Shown: positions 11,285-24,277 of the stretch, piece after piece
Position numbering within the stretch: position 1 is the first letter of the stretch
How the letters are laid out: every line of letters starts with the position of its first letter
From: Chrysemys picta bellii
Taxonomy: Eukaryota
Assembly: GCF_011386835.1 (NCBI RefSeq)
Contig: NC_088791.1
Span: 349,990,001 to 350,054,000 of the forward strand
Length of the DNA stretch: 64,000 nucleotides
Reading direction: 5' to 3'
Translations under genes and position numbers: made by a program
Notes under the pieces: model-generated
What the model was told of the DNA's origin: nothing
What the model saw: the letters and a program-made list of their open reading frames with translations, nothing else
Databases searched by the model: none

Positions 11285-11470
11285 AAGCCTGGCCCTGTAG
11301 TCTGGGCATAGCTCTGTGATTCAAGAGAGCTGGGTTTGATTTCCTTCCCCTGTGTGACCATGGGAAAGCCATTGGCTGTCTCTGAGCTTCTGCACAGGTG
11401 AATAGTAGCCCTTCCCTGCCTCACAGCAGTGGCGGGAGGATAAATAAATTCAAAGTGCTCTGAGATCCTA
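11285..11470 (+). mobile_element. MIR/CORE-SINE relic (paralogs at about 32490-32640 and 42235-42430)
   Basis: ctgtgtgaccatgggaaagcc...ctctgagc...ccctgcctcacag...gaggataaat matches the MIR core pattern. Confidence 0.55.
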
Positions 11471-12452
11471 AGATTAAGGCTATGTCAGTGTTCCACAGAG
11501 AAATGTCCCTGACATTTGTGTATGAAAGGCCTCTTACCACAGCCTCTCATGACAGCTGCCTTTTGGGAAGCCCTGTGACTCCAGCACCTTGGTGCCTGTG
11601 AGGAATGTGGGGGAGTGACAATAAGGGGTAGGTAGTGGTTTTATGAGGGAAGCGTTGGAGCATCATTGGGATGCTGGGAGTTTCAGCACAGTCACCGGAC
11701 CGGTGTTTCCAAGCCATTGAGGTGGAATAGGTCTAACTGACAAGCAATGAAGGAAAGGATTTCTGAGGGGATGTTGGGTCTAACTGCCAAATAATGGAAC
11801 AGCAGCCATGGGGGTATCATCTTAGACATCCTGCTGGCAGAAAGCAGTCTGAGGGAAAAGGTCATCTCCACACCTTGGCTCAGTAACATGGAGATGGCTG
11901 AGCACTATGGTGACTGGGCCCAGGCTCACACACGTTTCAGCAAAGGCTACTTCCACATAAAAGTAGAAAACAGATTGGAAGATCCTGTAACAATCCTGAT
12001 TCTTCTTGGCCAGTGTCTACCCTTGTTGAGTGCCTGTCAGCATTCAGAGGAGCAACTTGTTCAAGTTGTATCCTAGATAACGATCCACTCAAGCCAATGA
12101 TTCAAAGAGTCGTAGAGTTTAAGGCCAGAAGGAGCCATTAGATCATCTGGTTCAGATGTTGTCAAATGGGGCTGTGGGCCAGGCTGGGATGTGTGTGGAA
12201 GTATTGAGGGGAGGGGAGTTAGAAACTTTAGGGAAAAATCTTTCTGTGCACATTTTACCCACAGCAATGAATAACTAGCCAAGCTGATTCCTCCAGACTG
12301 ATCCGGTCCTCAGACGGTGCTGTGGATTTGACTCTAAATGGCGCTGTGCATTTTGATGGATTTCGGTTAAGCTTGCACAACATGATAAAAAGTTGTTGCT
12401 GTCTGTACGTGGATCCATTTGCTAGGGTGCTGTGTGCACATTTCATTGTAAA

Positions 12453-13580
12453 CACCATGGAGGAAGGAGAGCTCGGCAGGCAGTGGCATTTACAAAGTGA
12501 TTGTGTTTGTGAAGAGCCAGTGGGATGATGGCCCATAAAGACCCATATTGCTGGCTGCTCAGACTTCAGAATTCCCGTTGACACAGTTAATAAAGAGAAG
12601 GGACGTGGATGTTGGTTCCCTTGCACGTGGCCTGTCCCTGCCCCATCTCTGGTTAACAGATCTACGGGCTGTGAAAAAAGTTGCACAGCTTTTCTGCAAT
12701 TGCAGTCCTGGCTCTTCCTGAGCGCTCTGGGTGCTGCGTGATCCAGGGGGGCTGCAGCAGCCATGGACGGACACCCCCTGCCCCTACACCCTCAGCAGTG
12801 TGCCTGTGACTGAGTCGTGTCAGTGACATGACTAATGCAGGAGGCCCATGAGCGGCCGTTCAGGCAGCCCCCTGCCCCTGCATTGATGGCTGAGCACACC
12901 GCACGCCTGGTAAGCCCAGAGCTGTGTGTGTGAGTGCACAGGAGTCCTGGAAAGAGACTCAGGCCCAGATTCTCTCCCCCTCTCCTCCCTTTGTACTGCC
13001 CCAGTAATCCAAAGGTTTGGAAATGACCTCAACTCCTCCCTCGAGGCCTGGCTCGTTCCTATGCCAGCTCAGCCCATTCGGAGTAGGATGACCACCTTTT
13101 CAAAAGACACATGGAGGAGCCCTGTCCCCCCTCAGTGGCACCACCCTGCCTCTCTTCTTCCACCTGAGGCCCCACCCTCTGCTCCTTCTCTTCCTCCATG
13201 GCCCCAACCCTACCCAGGCTGGAAGCTGGAGCCTTGCCGTGGCAAGAGATATCCAGAGAGTCCTGATGTTTCACTTCCCTGGGCAGGAGGGTGAGGGGAC
13301 ACGAGAGCATCCCCTAGTCCGTGTTCCCACCCACCAGGACCCGCCATACATTGAAGGTGGCGATTCCTGGGCTCCCCACAGTGACCTGAGGCCTGAGGTA
13401 AAGAGGAGGAAAAGGGGGAAGGGCCTCAGGAGAAGGGGAGGAACAGGGGGTGGCTGGATCTAAGGGGAAAATGAGCAGGGGATGTGGCAAGCCTGAACCA
13501 ATGCAGACCCCAACAAGGAGGTCGTGGGGAACTCCTGAGTAAAGGAGGACGATGGAGCTGGAGGGTAGGAGAGGCACCTG
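12453..13580 (+). repeat. Orphan copy of the OR 3' flank with no OR coding sequence
   Basis: Collinear with about 8440 onward and with the other downstream blocks, including AATAAA at 12589. No OR ORF or relic lies directly upstream. Confidence 0.8.
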
Positions 13581-15372
13581 AGTCACAGAGCAGTGTGCGG
13601 ACCACAGGTCCAGCCTTCCAGCTATCTGAGTGGTGACAGTCCCCGCTGGAGTCTCTTCTGTGCCAGAAGAGCTCCCCACTGTGCTACACAGAGCGGGGAT
13701 GGCAAGGAGACAGTTACAGTGATTGATTCACTGGCCTGTTCTCCCCCCTGCATCAGGGGAGTATAGAGCAGCCTGGGGGCTGGGCTGACCTCTGCCCAGT
13801 GGTAACGGCTTCCAAGAGCACAGCCCATTCTGGCCACATCCCAGCAGATGGGTGTCACCCCAGAGTGCCCCCTTGGGACCTGAGGTGGCCCTGCACATGC
13901 CCTGCCCTTCCCGCTAAGCTCCTTGCAATGACTTACTCTCAGCCTGGAATACTTGAAAGCCCCCTTTGTGGGGTCACATTAATTCAGTCTCCTCCAAAAC
14001 ACAGGTTCTCCTACCCTACAGCCCCATCCTCCTCCTTTACTGAGGAGCCCTCCCACACCCACCCTGCTTGCTGGGGTCAGCATTGGTTCAGGCTTGCCAC
14101 ACCCACTACCCCATCTCTTTTCCTGAGGCCCTACCCCATCTCTTATCAGAAGGCCCTTACCCTTGTTCCTCCTCTTCCCCTGAGGCTCCAGGCCCCAGCC
14201 ACATCAGAGCTAGACTGTGGTAAGAGCTGCTCCGGGAGCCCAGGCCCCTGTGGGGAGCCCCAGGCTCTCCACCTTTCCTGGATTTTAAGTTCTGGAGTGT
14301 GGGGACACAGGCTGGGGTCTTTCCTTCAGTCCCCCAGTGAACTGCCCAGGGCAGGTGGAGGATTTTGGTTTCTCAGAGTGGCTCTAGATCCTGGCAACTC
14401 TCACCATGTCCCAGCTCTGGCTTCTGGTCTGGAGAGGGTGCAGAGCCTTCACCAGTGAGGAGGACCAGGGGGTGGGGTCTTGGGGGAAGAGATGGGGTGG
14501 GGGGAGGGGTCCTCGTGGGAAGACGAAGAGTAGAGAGGCAGTGGGGACGGTGCTCCTGCAGGTGTCTCGCTTTTGCCTTTTGAAAAGATGGTCACTCTAC
14601 GCAGAATGGGCTGGGCTGGGATTGGAGCTAGAGGTGCCTCTGCGGGGGAGTTGAGGACCGTTTCCAACCATTTTCAGTGCAGCACAAATGGATGGCGGGA
14701 AAAGGGAATCTGGGCCTGAGTCTCTTTCCAGGACTCGTGTGTGTCAGACCCTCACTCACACCCGCAGCTCTGCTCTGCCTCAGTGAGGAGGGGGCTCAGC
14801 ACGTGTGTGGTGTGCAGAGCCATCAATGGGGCCGGGGGGCCTGAATAGCTTCTCCTGGGTCTCCTCCATGAATCACGCATCGGACACGACTCAATCACTA
14901 GCACCTGGCTGAGGAGGTAGGGGAAGGATGGGTGACCGTTCCCTTTCAATAGCCCCGTCCACAGCTGGTGCAGTGCTCATGGATCACGCCGCACCCAGAG
15001 GGTTTGGGAATCACCGGGACGGTGACTACAGAATAGCTCTGCAGCTTTTTTCATGGCCCATTGATATTTAACTAAAGACAACAGGACAGTGACAGGCCAG
15101 GTGTAATGGGAAACAACACCCACCTCCCTTCACTTTACTGAATGTTTCGGCAGGAATTCTGAGGTCAGAGCAGCCACCGATTCAGATGTTTATGGGCCAA
15201 CATGCAACCAGTCCCCTGGCTCTCCACAAACACAGTCACTTTGTAAATTCTGCTGCTGCTTTGGTCTCTTTCACCCAGTGCACTGTCCTCCCTCACCAGG
15301 CCCTGTCCAATTGCTCCAGGCCTTAGACCCTGTCTGAACTTCTCTTCTTTCACCAGCGCTGGAGCCACCTGA

Positions 15373-16320
15373 TTAACTGACTCTTTGCTTTTTGAATGCC
15401 TTGATTATCCTCGTACGAAGGAGTTTGCTTTTCAAGCTGTACACAATCGGGTTCATCATGAGCGGGACCAGCAAATAGATGTAGCCCATGAGAATCTGAA
15501 GCAAGGGAGAAGAGCTATTCCCAAATCTCTGTACTACAGACAAGCCAATCCCTGGTATGTAGAAGAGGAGGACAGCACAGAGGTGGGAGACACAGGTGCT
15601 CAGTGCCCTAACGCACTCCACATGAGATGCAATGCTCAGCACTGTTTTCAGAATCATCACGTACGATAGGAGGATGAGCAGCGAGTCCAACAACACTGTG
15701 GAGATTGTGACAAACAAGCCATAGATGCTGTTGACTCTGATATCCGAACAAGCCATCTTCATGACCTCTTGGTGCAGGCAGTAGGAATGGGAGAGGACAT
15801 TGGCTTGACAATATTGGAACCGTTTCAGGAGAAAGGGCAGTGGGAATACTACGACCACCCCTCTTAGCACACACACCAGTCCCATCTTGACTATTCTTGG
15901 TGGGGTTAAGATGGAAGCATATCTCAGTGGGTTAGAGATCGCGATGAAGCGGTCAAAGGCCATCAACAAGAGCACCGAGGATTCAATGAATGTGAGTGAG
16001 TGGATGAAGAAGAGCTGGGCAAAACAAGCATGAAGACTGATCTCCCTAGAGTTAAACAAGAATATCCCCAGTGTTGTTGGCATGGTGGCTATCGATAAGC
16101 CAAGGTCTGTGATGGCCAACATGGAAAGGAAAATGTACATGGGCTCATGGAGGCTTGGGTCTGTTTTTATAATGAACAGAATGACTGAATTTCCTACTAT
16201 AGAAATAACATACATTAAAAAGAAGGGGATAGAGATCCAGAGATAGATGTCTTCCTGCCCATGTATCCCAGTGAGAAGGAACACTGCAGAGCTGAATTTA
16301 GTGTCGTTGACAGCTGACAT
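15373..16320 (-). CDS. Class I olfactory receptor, OR51 family (OR2 here), intact, 315 aa, inverted relative to the others
   Basis: Same motif set (LHEPMY, MAFDRFIAISNPLRY, HSYCLHQ, QRFG, MNPIVYS). The C-terminus is 4 aa longer than in the paralogs. Confidence 0.97.
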   Translation of the reverse strand: MSAVNDTKFSSAVFLLTGIHGQEDIYLWISIPFFLMYVISIVGNSVILFIIKTDPSLHEPMYIFLSMLAITDLGLSIATMPTTLGIFLFNSREISLHACFAQLFFIHSLTFIESSVLLLMAFDRFIAISNPLRYASILTPPRIVKMGLVCVLRGVVVVFPLPFLLKRFQYCQANVLSHSYCLHQEVMKMACSDIRVNSIYGLFVTISTVLLDSLLILLSYVMILKTVLSIASHVECVRALSTCVSHLCAVLLFYIPGIGLSVVQRFGNSSSPLLQILMGYIYLLVPLMMNPIVYSLKSKLLRTRIIKAFKKQRVS

Positions 16321-17559
16321 ACCGTACTGGGAAGTCCGAGTAGTTTTGAACCTTTACTCCTGAAAGGAAAAACAAGACGAGACTAGATGATATTTAACAA
16401 GACATTTTTCTGCTCTCAGTGCAACTCTAGAGAGTCCCAGGAGCTCAAGGAAGATCAGCAAACACTTAATCTTGGATTTACACCACATATAAGAAGATAG
16501 ATATTCCCAGAGTGGATCAGACCTGCAGTCCATCTAGCCCAGTATCCACTGGCCAGTTCCAGATGCTTCAGAGGAAGCCAGATGAAGCCCTGCAATAGAA
16601 AGCTATGAGATAACCTGCTCCCGGGGAATGTTTTCCCCTGACACAAACTAATTACACATATTTTGTTGTGTTAATCAGGAAGGTTTATAGTCTTTCCAAA
16701 ACTTTTTAAAACAGTCCTCACTAATGTAATTGGATTTTCTGGTTACCCACATAAACATACGAAACCTACTAAACTCTTGGCCGCATTGATAACTTGTGGC
16801 TGGGAGTTCCACAGTCTCCTTTACCCCCATATGATTTTACAGTTGTGACCTTCCCGCAGACACCTTTTCTGACCCTCCACTTCTGAGTAGCCCATTGTAT
16901 CATGCAATGAAAAGTGCATGGTGAAATCTGTCATTGTACTTATCTGCCCTGCATTGAAGCTATTTATAAAAATGGTTAATTGCCTCATTATATATTTTTT
17001 TAATTTTCTCCACTCCTGAGAGTCCAAATTATGCCACTGCCTCTCTGCAGCACATTGGATAAATTCTCAGGGTCAGGTTCTGATTTTAATAACAGTGACT
17101 TCAACTGCGTCACTCCAGATTTACATGTGTAAATTCGATCAGAACCAGGCTCTATTAACTTTCCCTTACCAAATGCTCCCGGTGATACACTCTGACCCCC
17201 AAGAATCCCTCCAAGAGGAGCTGAAGTGCTTTGCCCGGCCTGCGTTGACTGAATCCAGAGAGTCCAATCATCCCACAGGCTCCTCTTCATCCTCACAGGA
17301 CCTGCATCCTCTCCCCATGCAAGGGTCTGTAGATATCTGGCAAGTTACAAGCTAACACAGACAGTTACTTCAGCTGGATGGGGGAGGCATCACAAATGGG
17401 TGAATAGTGCAAACACTAGGTTTGCACTAATATCCAGCTGAGTGTCCTAGTTATTTCAACCACACCCGTGTAAGAGATGCTGTGCGTAAGTTACATACAA
17501 CCCCTATTACACTCCCCTTTCCTGCACCTCAGCTGTACACACAGGTGGACTGGCAGAAC

Positions 17560-17740
17560 TGCAGGTTCTCAATGCGAGGATAAGACAATGGTGTAGAGAG
17601 GAGGGATTTATATTTATTAAGAACTGGGGAAACTTTTGGCAAAGGGGCAACCTATACAGGAAGGATGGGCTCCGCCTAAACCAAAAATGGAACCAAATTC
17701 CTGACACTTAAAATAAAAAATTAAAAAGGTTGTGGTGTAC
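17560..17740 (+). mobile_element. CR1 ORF1 (esterase-domain) fragment
   Basis: Translates LNARIRQWCREEGFIFIKNWGNFWQRGNLYRKDGLRLNQ, the typical CR1 ORF1 C-terminal region. Confidence 0.75.
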
Positions 17741-18178
17741 GGGGAGATTCTGGCAAACCGGTAAAATGCCTGAAACCACTATGGCTTATTGTTAAAAGCA
17801 GCCTATTCAGCAGTCTCAGCTTGACCAAGGCAGGAGGGGAGGGGGGGTTTTGGGTGCCACAGAAAGTACGGCTCATCTTAGGTTAACAGCAGGCTGCTGG
17901 AAAACAAGCAGGAAGAGAAGCAACAGATCAAGAAAAGCCATCGCTGAGTCAGCACTTCAGGGAGGTTGAGAGACAACACCAGACCCAGTGGCTGGGCTCC
18001 AGCCACATTACACAGCTTGTTTTGCCAGCACTGGGAGTCTGTCCAGGGGTGGGGCAGCTGTTGCTAAGTAGCTCTTCAGACAACACTGGGGCAGTCTGAA
18101 GGCCCTTGGCCTGCTTGGGTCCCCGTCAGAGAGAGAGGTTTTGGGGTCAGAGATGTGTACACACAGTTGTTTGAAAAC

Positions 18179-19811
18179 GAGGGCTGTTTATTCATCGCAG
18201 TTAATTCATGCGATTAAGCCAAAAAAATGAATCTCGGTTAATCACAGTTTTAGTCACACTCTTAAACAATAATAGAATATCAAGTGAAATTTATTAAATA
18301 TTTAGGATGTTTTTCTACATTTTCAATTACAACCCAGAATACAAAGTGTACAGTGTTCACTTTACATTATTATATTTATTACAAATATTCACACTGTAAA
18401 AAAGACAAAAAAATAAATAATATTTTTCAATTCACCTCCTACAAGTACGGTAGAGCAATCTCTTTATCATGGATGTGCACCTTACAACTGTAGATTATAT
18501 TCATTACATAACTGCACCCAAAAACAAAACAATGTAAAACTTTAGAACCTACAAGTCCACTCAGTCCTACTTCTTGTTCAGACAATCGCTAAGAGAAAGA
18601 AGTTTGTTTACATTTATAGGAAATAATGCTCACGCTTCTTATTTACAATGTCACCTGAAAGTGAGAACAAGTGTTTGCATGGCATTGCTGTAGCCGGCAT
18701 TGCAAGATATTTACTTGCCAGGTATGCTAAATATTTGTATGCTTTGGAACCATTCCAGAGGACATGCTTCCATGCTGATGAGGCTTGTTAAAAAAACAAT
18801 GTGTTAATTACATTTGTGACTGAACTCCTTGGGGAAAAATTGTATGTCTCCTGCTCTGTTTAACATGCATTCTGCCATATATTTTGTGTTATGGCAGTCT
18901 GAGATGATGACCCAGCACATGTTGTTCATTTTAAGAACACTTTCACTGAAGATTTGACAAAACACAAAGAAGGTACCAATGTGAGATTTCTAAAGATCCA
19001 CAGCACTTGACCCAAGATCTAAGAATCTGAAGTGCCTTCCAAACTGTGAGAGAGATGAAGTGTGGAGCATGCTGTCAGAAGTCTTAAAAGAACAACACTC
19101 CGATGCGTAAACTACAGAACCTGAACCACCAAAAAAGAAAATCAACCTTCTGCTGGTGGCATCTGACTCAGATGATGACAATGAACGTGCATCAGTCCAC
19201 ACTGCTCTGGATCATTATTAAGCAGAACCCGTCATCAGCATGGATACATGTCCCCTGAAATGGTGTTGAAGCATCAAGGGACATAAGAATCTTTAGCGCA
19301 TATGGCATGAAAATATCTTGTGATGCCGGCTACAAAAGTGCCATGTGAACACCTGATCTCACTTTCAGGAGACACTGTAAACACGAAGCAGGCAGCATTA
19401 TCTCCTGCAAATGTAAACAAACTTGTTTGAGCGATTGGCTGAACAACAAGTAGGGCTGAGTGGACTTGTAAAAACTCTAAAGTTTTACACTGTTTTATTT
19501 CTGAGTGCAGTTATTTTTTCTACTTAATTCTATATTAGGTGAATTGTAAAATTAAGCGAATTGAAAACTACTGTTTCTTTTGTTTCTTTTTTACAGTGCA
19601 CATATCCACAAGCAAAAATGAATATAAAGTGAGCACTGTACACTGTGCATTCTGTGTTGTTATTGAAATCACTATCTTTAAAAAAGTAGAAAATATCCAA
19701 ATATATTTAAAAGAATGGTATTACATCATTTTTAACACTGTGATTAATTGCAATTAATTTTTTTAATCATGCAATTAATCGGGATATTTTTTTAAATACT
19801 TGACAGCCCTA
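18179..19811 (+). mobile_element. Decayed hAT DNA transposon with C-terminal dimerisation-domain relic
   Basis: TIR-like ends gagggctgtt / gacagcccta; degenerate 8-bp TSD ttgaaaac / tttaaacc. About 19110-19370 translates EPPKKKINLLLVASDSDDDNERASVHTALDHY*AEP...CPL.W...KYL..PAT.VPCE.L.S.SG with stops. Confidence 0.85.
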
Positions 19812-22590
19812 TTTAAACCCTGCTTATTCTCCTATGTTACGCTTTGTTCCTACTCTTCAGATTAAACAGTATTTTGGGTCTAGAAGGCTGGCTGGTCACT
19901 CGTCTCACCACTACTCACAGGCTCCCAAAGGGAAGAACCACAGGACCCGAACCGACTCAGACTTGCTCAGCAAGCACAGTGGTCAAGCAGTGTGCAGTAG
20001 CCCAGGGCCCCGTCTGGGGGTGGGAAGATCGCTGGATTGCATCCTATGAGAGGGAAGGCTACAAGGTGGCCATCTGGCACTCAGAGACCAGAGTGGGGGC
20101 AGGGATGCTGGTTGCCCTGTTATTCTGAGGGGTCTCTCCAGGGCAGAGAGTCTAGAGCCCTCAGCCAGTCAGGAAACAGAAATATGCCCTATCGGACCTG
20201 TTACCACAGAGCAACAAAACTCTGAATTCCTGCCTTCACTATCGACCCAAAGAATAAAACCTTTTCAAATGAAAATACATTTACTGATTAAATTTCTAGG
20301 AAGAAATAAACCTGAGGCAATTTGGGAACGAGTCACTGATATTCCATGAGGGTTTCCTCTAGCTCAGTCCCTGGCAGGATCGGGCCCAGAGCACACGGCA
20401 CCTCTAGAAACGGGACCCCTTGAGAAATCCTGACACGGAGCATCAGGGTTTTAACACTCGGAGCTCACTTTTAATGTCAGATTTCTGTGTACATTGAGTA
20501 GCCCACCGTAGAGCATGGGCAGATGTAGGGGAGGGGTTCCCAAGCTACCTAGCCCTGCCTCACCCCCCAGCCCCTCACCGAGTCACCCCGACAGCCCAGC
20601 TGAGTCCTTTGCCGCTGCACAGAACATCTGCAAATGGAAACAGCTTGCAGCCTTTACACAGCACTTTGCATTTTAACGATAGTGAAACCTGCCAACGTAC
20701 CCAATTCCTGCTAGACGGGGAGCTGCTGACACCAGAGGTCTTCACCCTAAAGGACGAAGAGTCATTGCAGAGGTTGCACAGGGAAAATCTGTTCAGACAG
20801 GGAGGCAGCTGTCTTTATAAAGCATGCCTTCACATTCCCTTGGGGGCCACTTGGACATCAGGGAACCTCAGCTGCTTGGCTTAGTGTGCATCAACTTTAA
20901 CCCCTGTCGCTACTAATGGCAAACAGCAGGAAGCCAAATCACAGGGGATGTGTGGTGATCCTACCTAACTGGATGGCAGTGCCAGACCTGCTGCAGGCTC
21001 TATTCCTGGAATCCGGGCTTGTCATCACTGTTCGTATAGTTCTAATTAGCTACCTCGGGGGGAGGGGGGAAACCAAATGGTAACGATGATTTTGTCACAC
21101 TTTGATCTTGCTGATATAAAATAAAATAGAATCATAATAATAATATAGGACCACATTTCTCCCTGGCAACCCCCTTTTCTGCATTACAAACCCATGGGGC
21201 TGGCCAGGGAAGGGAGAGTCCACAAAGCTCCCTACATGGAAATTTCCCAAAGATTGTTCCAGGACGGGAGGTCCAGTCCCTTCTCCCTGAGGAATGAAAA
21301 TGGGGACACAGGATCCAGGGATCCCCAAAGTTATATACAGATCTCAGTGATCCATTGGGAGGTAGGCCCACCCACCCACAATCTCTGGGCCTCCCCAACT
21401 GCTAAAGGACCCTCTCCAGCTCATCAGAGATGTGCTTCCAGGGCCTGTTACAATAGCCCACAGAGATGGGAAGGCTGGTTAGAGTAACTGAGGGGCACAA
21501 TACCCCAACAAAAGACTGGTCAGGAGGTTTCAACCTTTCTATGCCCAGAGTGCAGCCATAGACTCCGTCAGTGCAACCTTGTATTATTTTACGAGGGAGA
21601 TGCAGATGAAAAGCCTCCAATTTCTTTTGGGGATCCAGGCAGCTGCAGCTGGAGAGTATCATATGGCAGAAGCTGGATATGAGTTGACAGTGTGCCCTTG
21701 TTGCCAAGAAGGCTAATGACATTTGGGGCTTTATAAGTAGGAGCATTGCCAGCAGATCAAGGGATGTAATCATTCCTCTCTATTGACATTGGTGAGGCCT
21801 CATCTGGAGTACTTTGTCCAGTTTTGGGCCCCACACTACAAGAAGGATGTGGAAAAATTGAAAAGAGTCCAGTGGAGGGCAACAAAAATGATTAGGGGGC
21901 TGGAGCACATGACTTAGGAGTAGAGGGTGAGGGAACTGGGATTGTTTAGTCTGCAGAAGAGAAGAATGAGGGGGGATTTGATAGCTACTTTCAACCAGGG
22001 TCGCCTAGGGGGGGCAAATGGGGCAATTTGCCCAAGGCCCCGGCCCCGCCTCCGCCTTCCCCCATCCCCCCGGCGCCTCAGCGCATCACGTCAGGAGCGT
22101 CCCTGGAGAGCGCTGCGGGCCTGAGCTTCTCCCACGTGGTAAGCGGGCGGGGCTGCAAGCTCCGGTCCTGCCGAACCACGCCGCTGCAGCGCTGTCCAGG
22201 GGCCAGGGCAGCTCCTGGATGCGGCGCTCTGAGGCTCCGAGAGAGGGGAGAGGCGACGGTAACCCAGGAGTGGCCCTGGCCAGCGCTGCTGGTGGGGGGC
22301 GGTCAGTTGGATTGTTGGCGTTGCGGGGGTCTGTCAGGACTCAGCGGGGGAGCGGGGTGGATAGGGATCGGGGCAGTCAGAGGACAGGGAGCAGGGCGGG
22401 TTGGAGGGGATCCCGGGGAGGTGGTTGGGGGGGCGGTGAGGGGACAAGGAGCAGAATGGGTCGGGGATTCTGAGGCGGGCAGTCGGGGGGCAGGAAGTGG
22501 TGGGGGTCGGATAGGGGGCAGGGCCAGGCTGTTTGGGGAGGCACAGCCTTCCCTACCCTAAAGCTCATTCAGCAGTTTGAGGCTTGCAGA

Positions 22591-22799
22591 CAGGAGCGCT
22601 GCCAAGTTTTTTGCTGCCCTAAGCGGCGAAAGGTCCCGCCCCCTAAATGCTGCCCCCAACAGAGGCGGCGGAAGATCCCGCCCCTGAAATATTGCTGATG
22701 ACCGGGGCAGCCGAAGATCTGGCCGCTGCGGTCACCACCCCCCAAATATTAGTGCCCTAGGCGACCGCCTAGGTCGCCTAATGGGTTACATTGGCCCTG
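22591..22799. mobile_element. hAT-type MITE
   Basis: cagga...ggccctg ends; perfect 8-bp TSD CTTGCAGA at 22583-22590 and 22800-22807. Confidence 0.85.
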
Positions 22800-23107
22800 C
22801 TTGCAGACAGCTATTTAACCCAATGAGCCAAGCTGTTATCTTTTCCCTTAGGGCTACCATCCCTTTCACTTATCAAATGCCAAATTATAGTCTACATTGA
22901 ATTTCAGTGCCAAGGGAGATTCATATCAGGGGAGGGGAGCTTCATTTAAAATGAGCCACTTTACATTAACAGTGATAGCGCCAAGAGAGCTATGCGGGAG
23001 GGATCACATGAGAAGAGCAATATCATACACCACCTACCTCCTTCCCAACCCTACCAAGGGAGACCCTCCCCTCCCCTGCATTCCCTGAGACTCCAGAGGG
23101 GTTAATT

Positions 23108-23327
23108 CAGTGGTTCTCAAACTTTTGTACTGGTGACCCCTTTCACATAGCAAACCTCTGAGTGTGACCCCCCGCTTATAAATTAAAAACTCTTTTTTAT
23201 ATTTTTAACACTATTATAAATGCTGGAGGCAAAGTGGGGTTTGAGGTGGAGGCTGACAGCTCGTGACCCCCCAGTAATAACCTCGTGACCCCCTGAGGGG
23301 TCCCGACCCCCAGTTTGAGACCCCCTG
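23108..23327. mobile_element. hAT-Charlie-type MITE
   Basis: cagtggttctcaaac / gtttgagaccccctg ends; perfect 8-bp TSD GGTTAATT at 23100-23107 and 23328-23335. Confidence 0.9.
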
Positions 23328-23532
23328 GGTTAATTTAATTTTAGCACCCTGTGTCCATTCACAGGCATGTGCTATTTTGAGATTTCAGTTTTCACAACAT
23401 AGGCTCATCCCAGATTCTGGAACAAGCTCAAATGCTCAGTTCGTGGAGTATGTACATAGTCTATACTAAAGACAAACCCACAGTAACCGTCTCCAGTTTG
23501 TGAGGGACCCCATGAAGCCAGTCTCTAGGAAA

Positions 23533-23890
23533 CAGATACATTCATGGAGGTTATGTCCATTAATGGCTATTAGCCAGGATGGGTAAGGAAGGTGTCCCTA
23601 GCCTCTGTATGTCAGAGTGTGGAGATGGATGGCAGGAGAGAGATCACTTGATCAAGTGAGGTTTTTACTCACGAAAGCTTATGCCCAAATAAATCTGTTA
23701 GTCTTTAAGGTGCCACCGGACTCCTTGTTGTTTTTGTAGATACAGACTAACACGGCTACCCCCTGATACTTGATACCTGTTAGGTTCACTCCCTCTGGGG
23801 CACCTGACATTAGCTACAGTTGGAAGACAGGATTCTGGGCTGGATGGATCTTTGGTCTGACCCAGTATGGCCGTTCTTATGTTCTTATGA
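23533..23890 (+). mobile_element. CR1 3' end containing a short Penelope end fragment (23655-23772)
   Basis: CR1 3' UTR ending ttcttatgttcttatga, interrupted by agtgag...ctcacgaaagcttatgc...gatacagactaacacggctac. Confidence 0.8.
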
Positions 23891-24195
23891 ACCCAAAGTT
23901 ATGGAGACAGATATGAGTCAAGGAAGACAGCAGAGTATCAGAAACCTGGAAAAACCTCTGACTGGATGGTCACAAGCTGAGGTGGTTCAAAAGTTTTCGA
24001 TTTTTTTTAAGCAGAATTTTTTTATTGTTTCTTTAAACAATCAAACACAGCAAGCAGCAAATATTTGGCCACACACTTCTGAAACCCCAAACCATGTTCA
24101 GGTTTTGGTAGATTAATTTCAGCTTTTCAATTAAAAAAAAAACACAACAAATTTTGAAGGAAAGCAGACATTGTCCGTGATTTTTTCTGCTTTTT

Positions 24196-24277
24196 GAAAA
24201 CCCCTAGTTTTTGATCCAAAAAAAGTTTTGACGGAAAACCCCTAGTTTTTGATCCAAAAACAATTTTGATGGAAAAC
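24196..24277. repeat. About 38-bp tandem duplication
   Basis: gaaaacccctagtttttgatccaaaaa...ttttga.g repeated with period 38. Confidence 0.8.

Larger units (their letters stand above)
2554..12452 (+). repeat. Segmental duplication unit 1 (upstream block, OR1, downstream block)
   Basis: Upstream and downstream sequence is collinear with the flanks of OR2-OR5. Confidence 0.85.

Noticed and set aside
12255-12764. 169-aa minus-strand ORF partly shared with 43584-43940
   Set aside because: It spans the junction between an old transposon relic and the orphan flank; the shared part reflects segmental duplication rather than coding constraint.
13799-14458. 219-aa minus-strand ORF, the longest non-OR ORF
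   Set aside because: Pro/Ser-rich text from a GC-rich duplicated flank; the frame is not preserved in paralogous blocks.
22018-22561. 151-aa and 177-aa ORFs and an apparent CpG island
   Set aside because: These come from the GC-rich arm of a non-autonomous hAT element. They are not a gene or promoter island.
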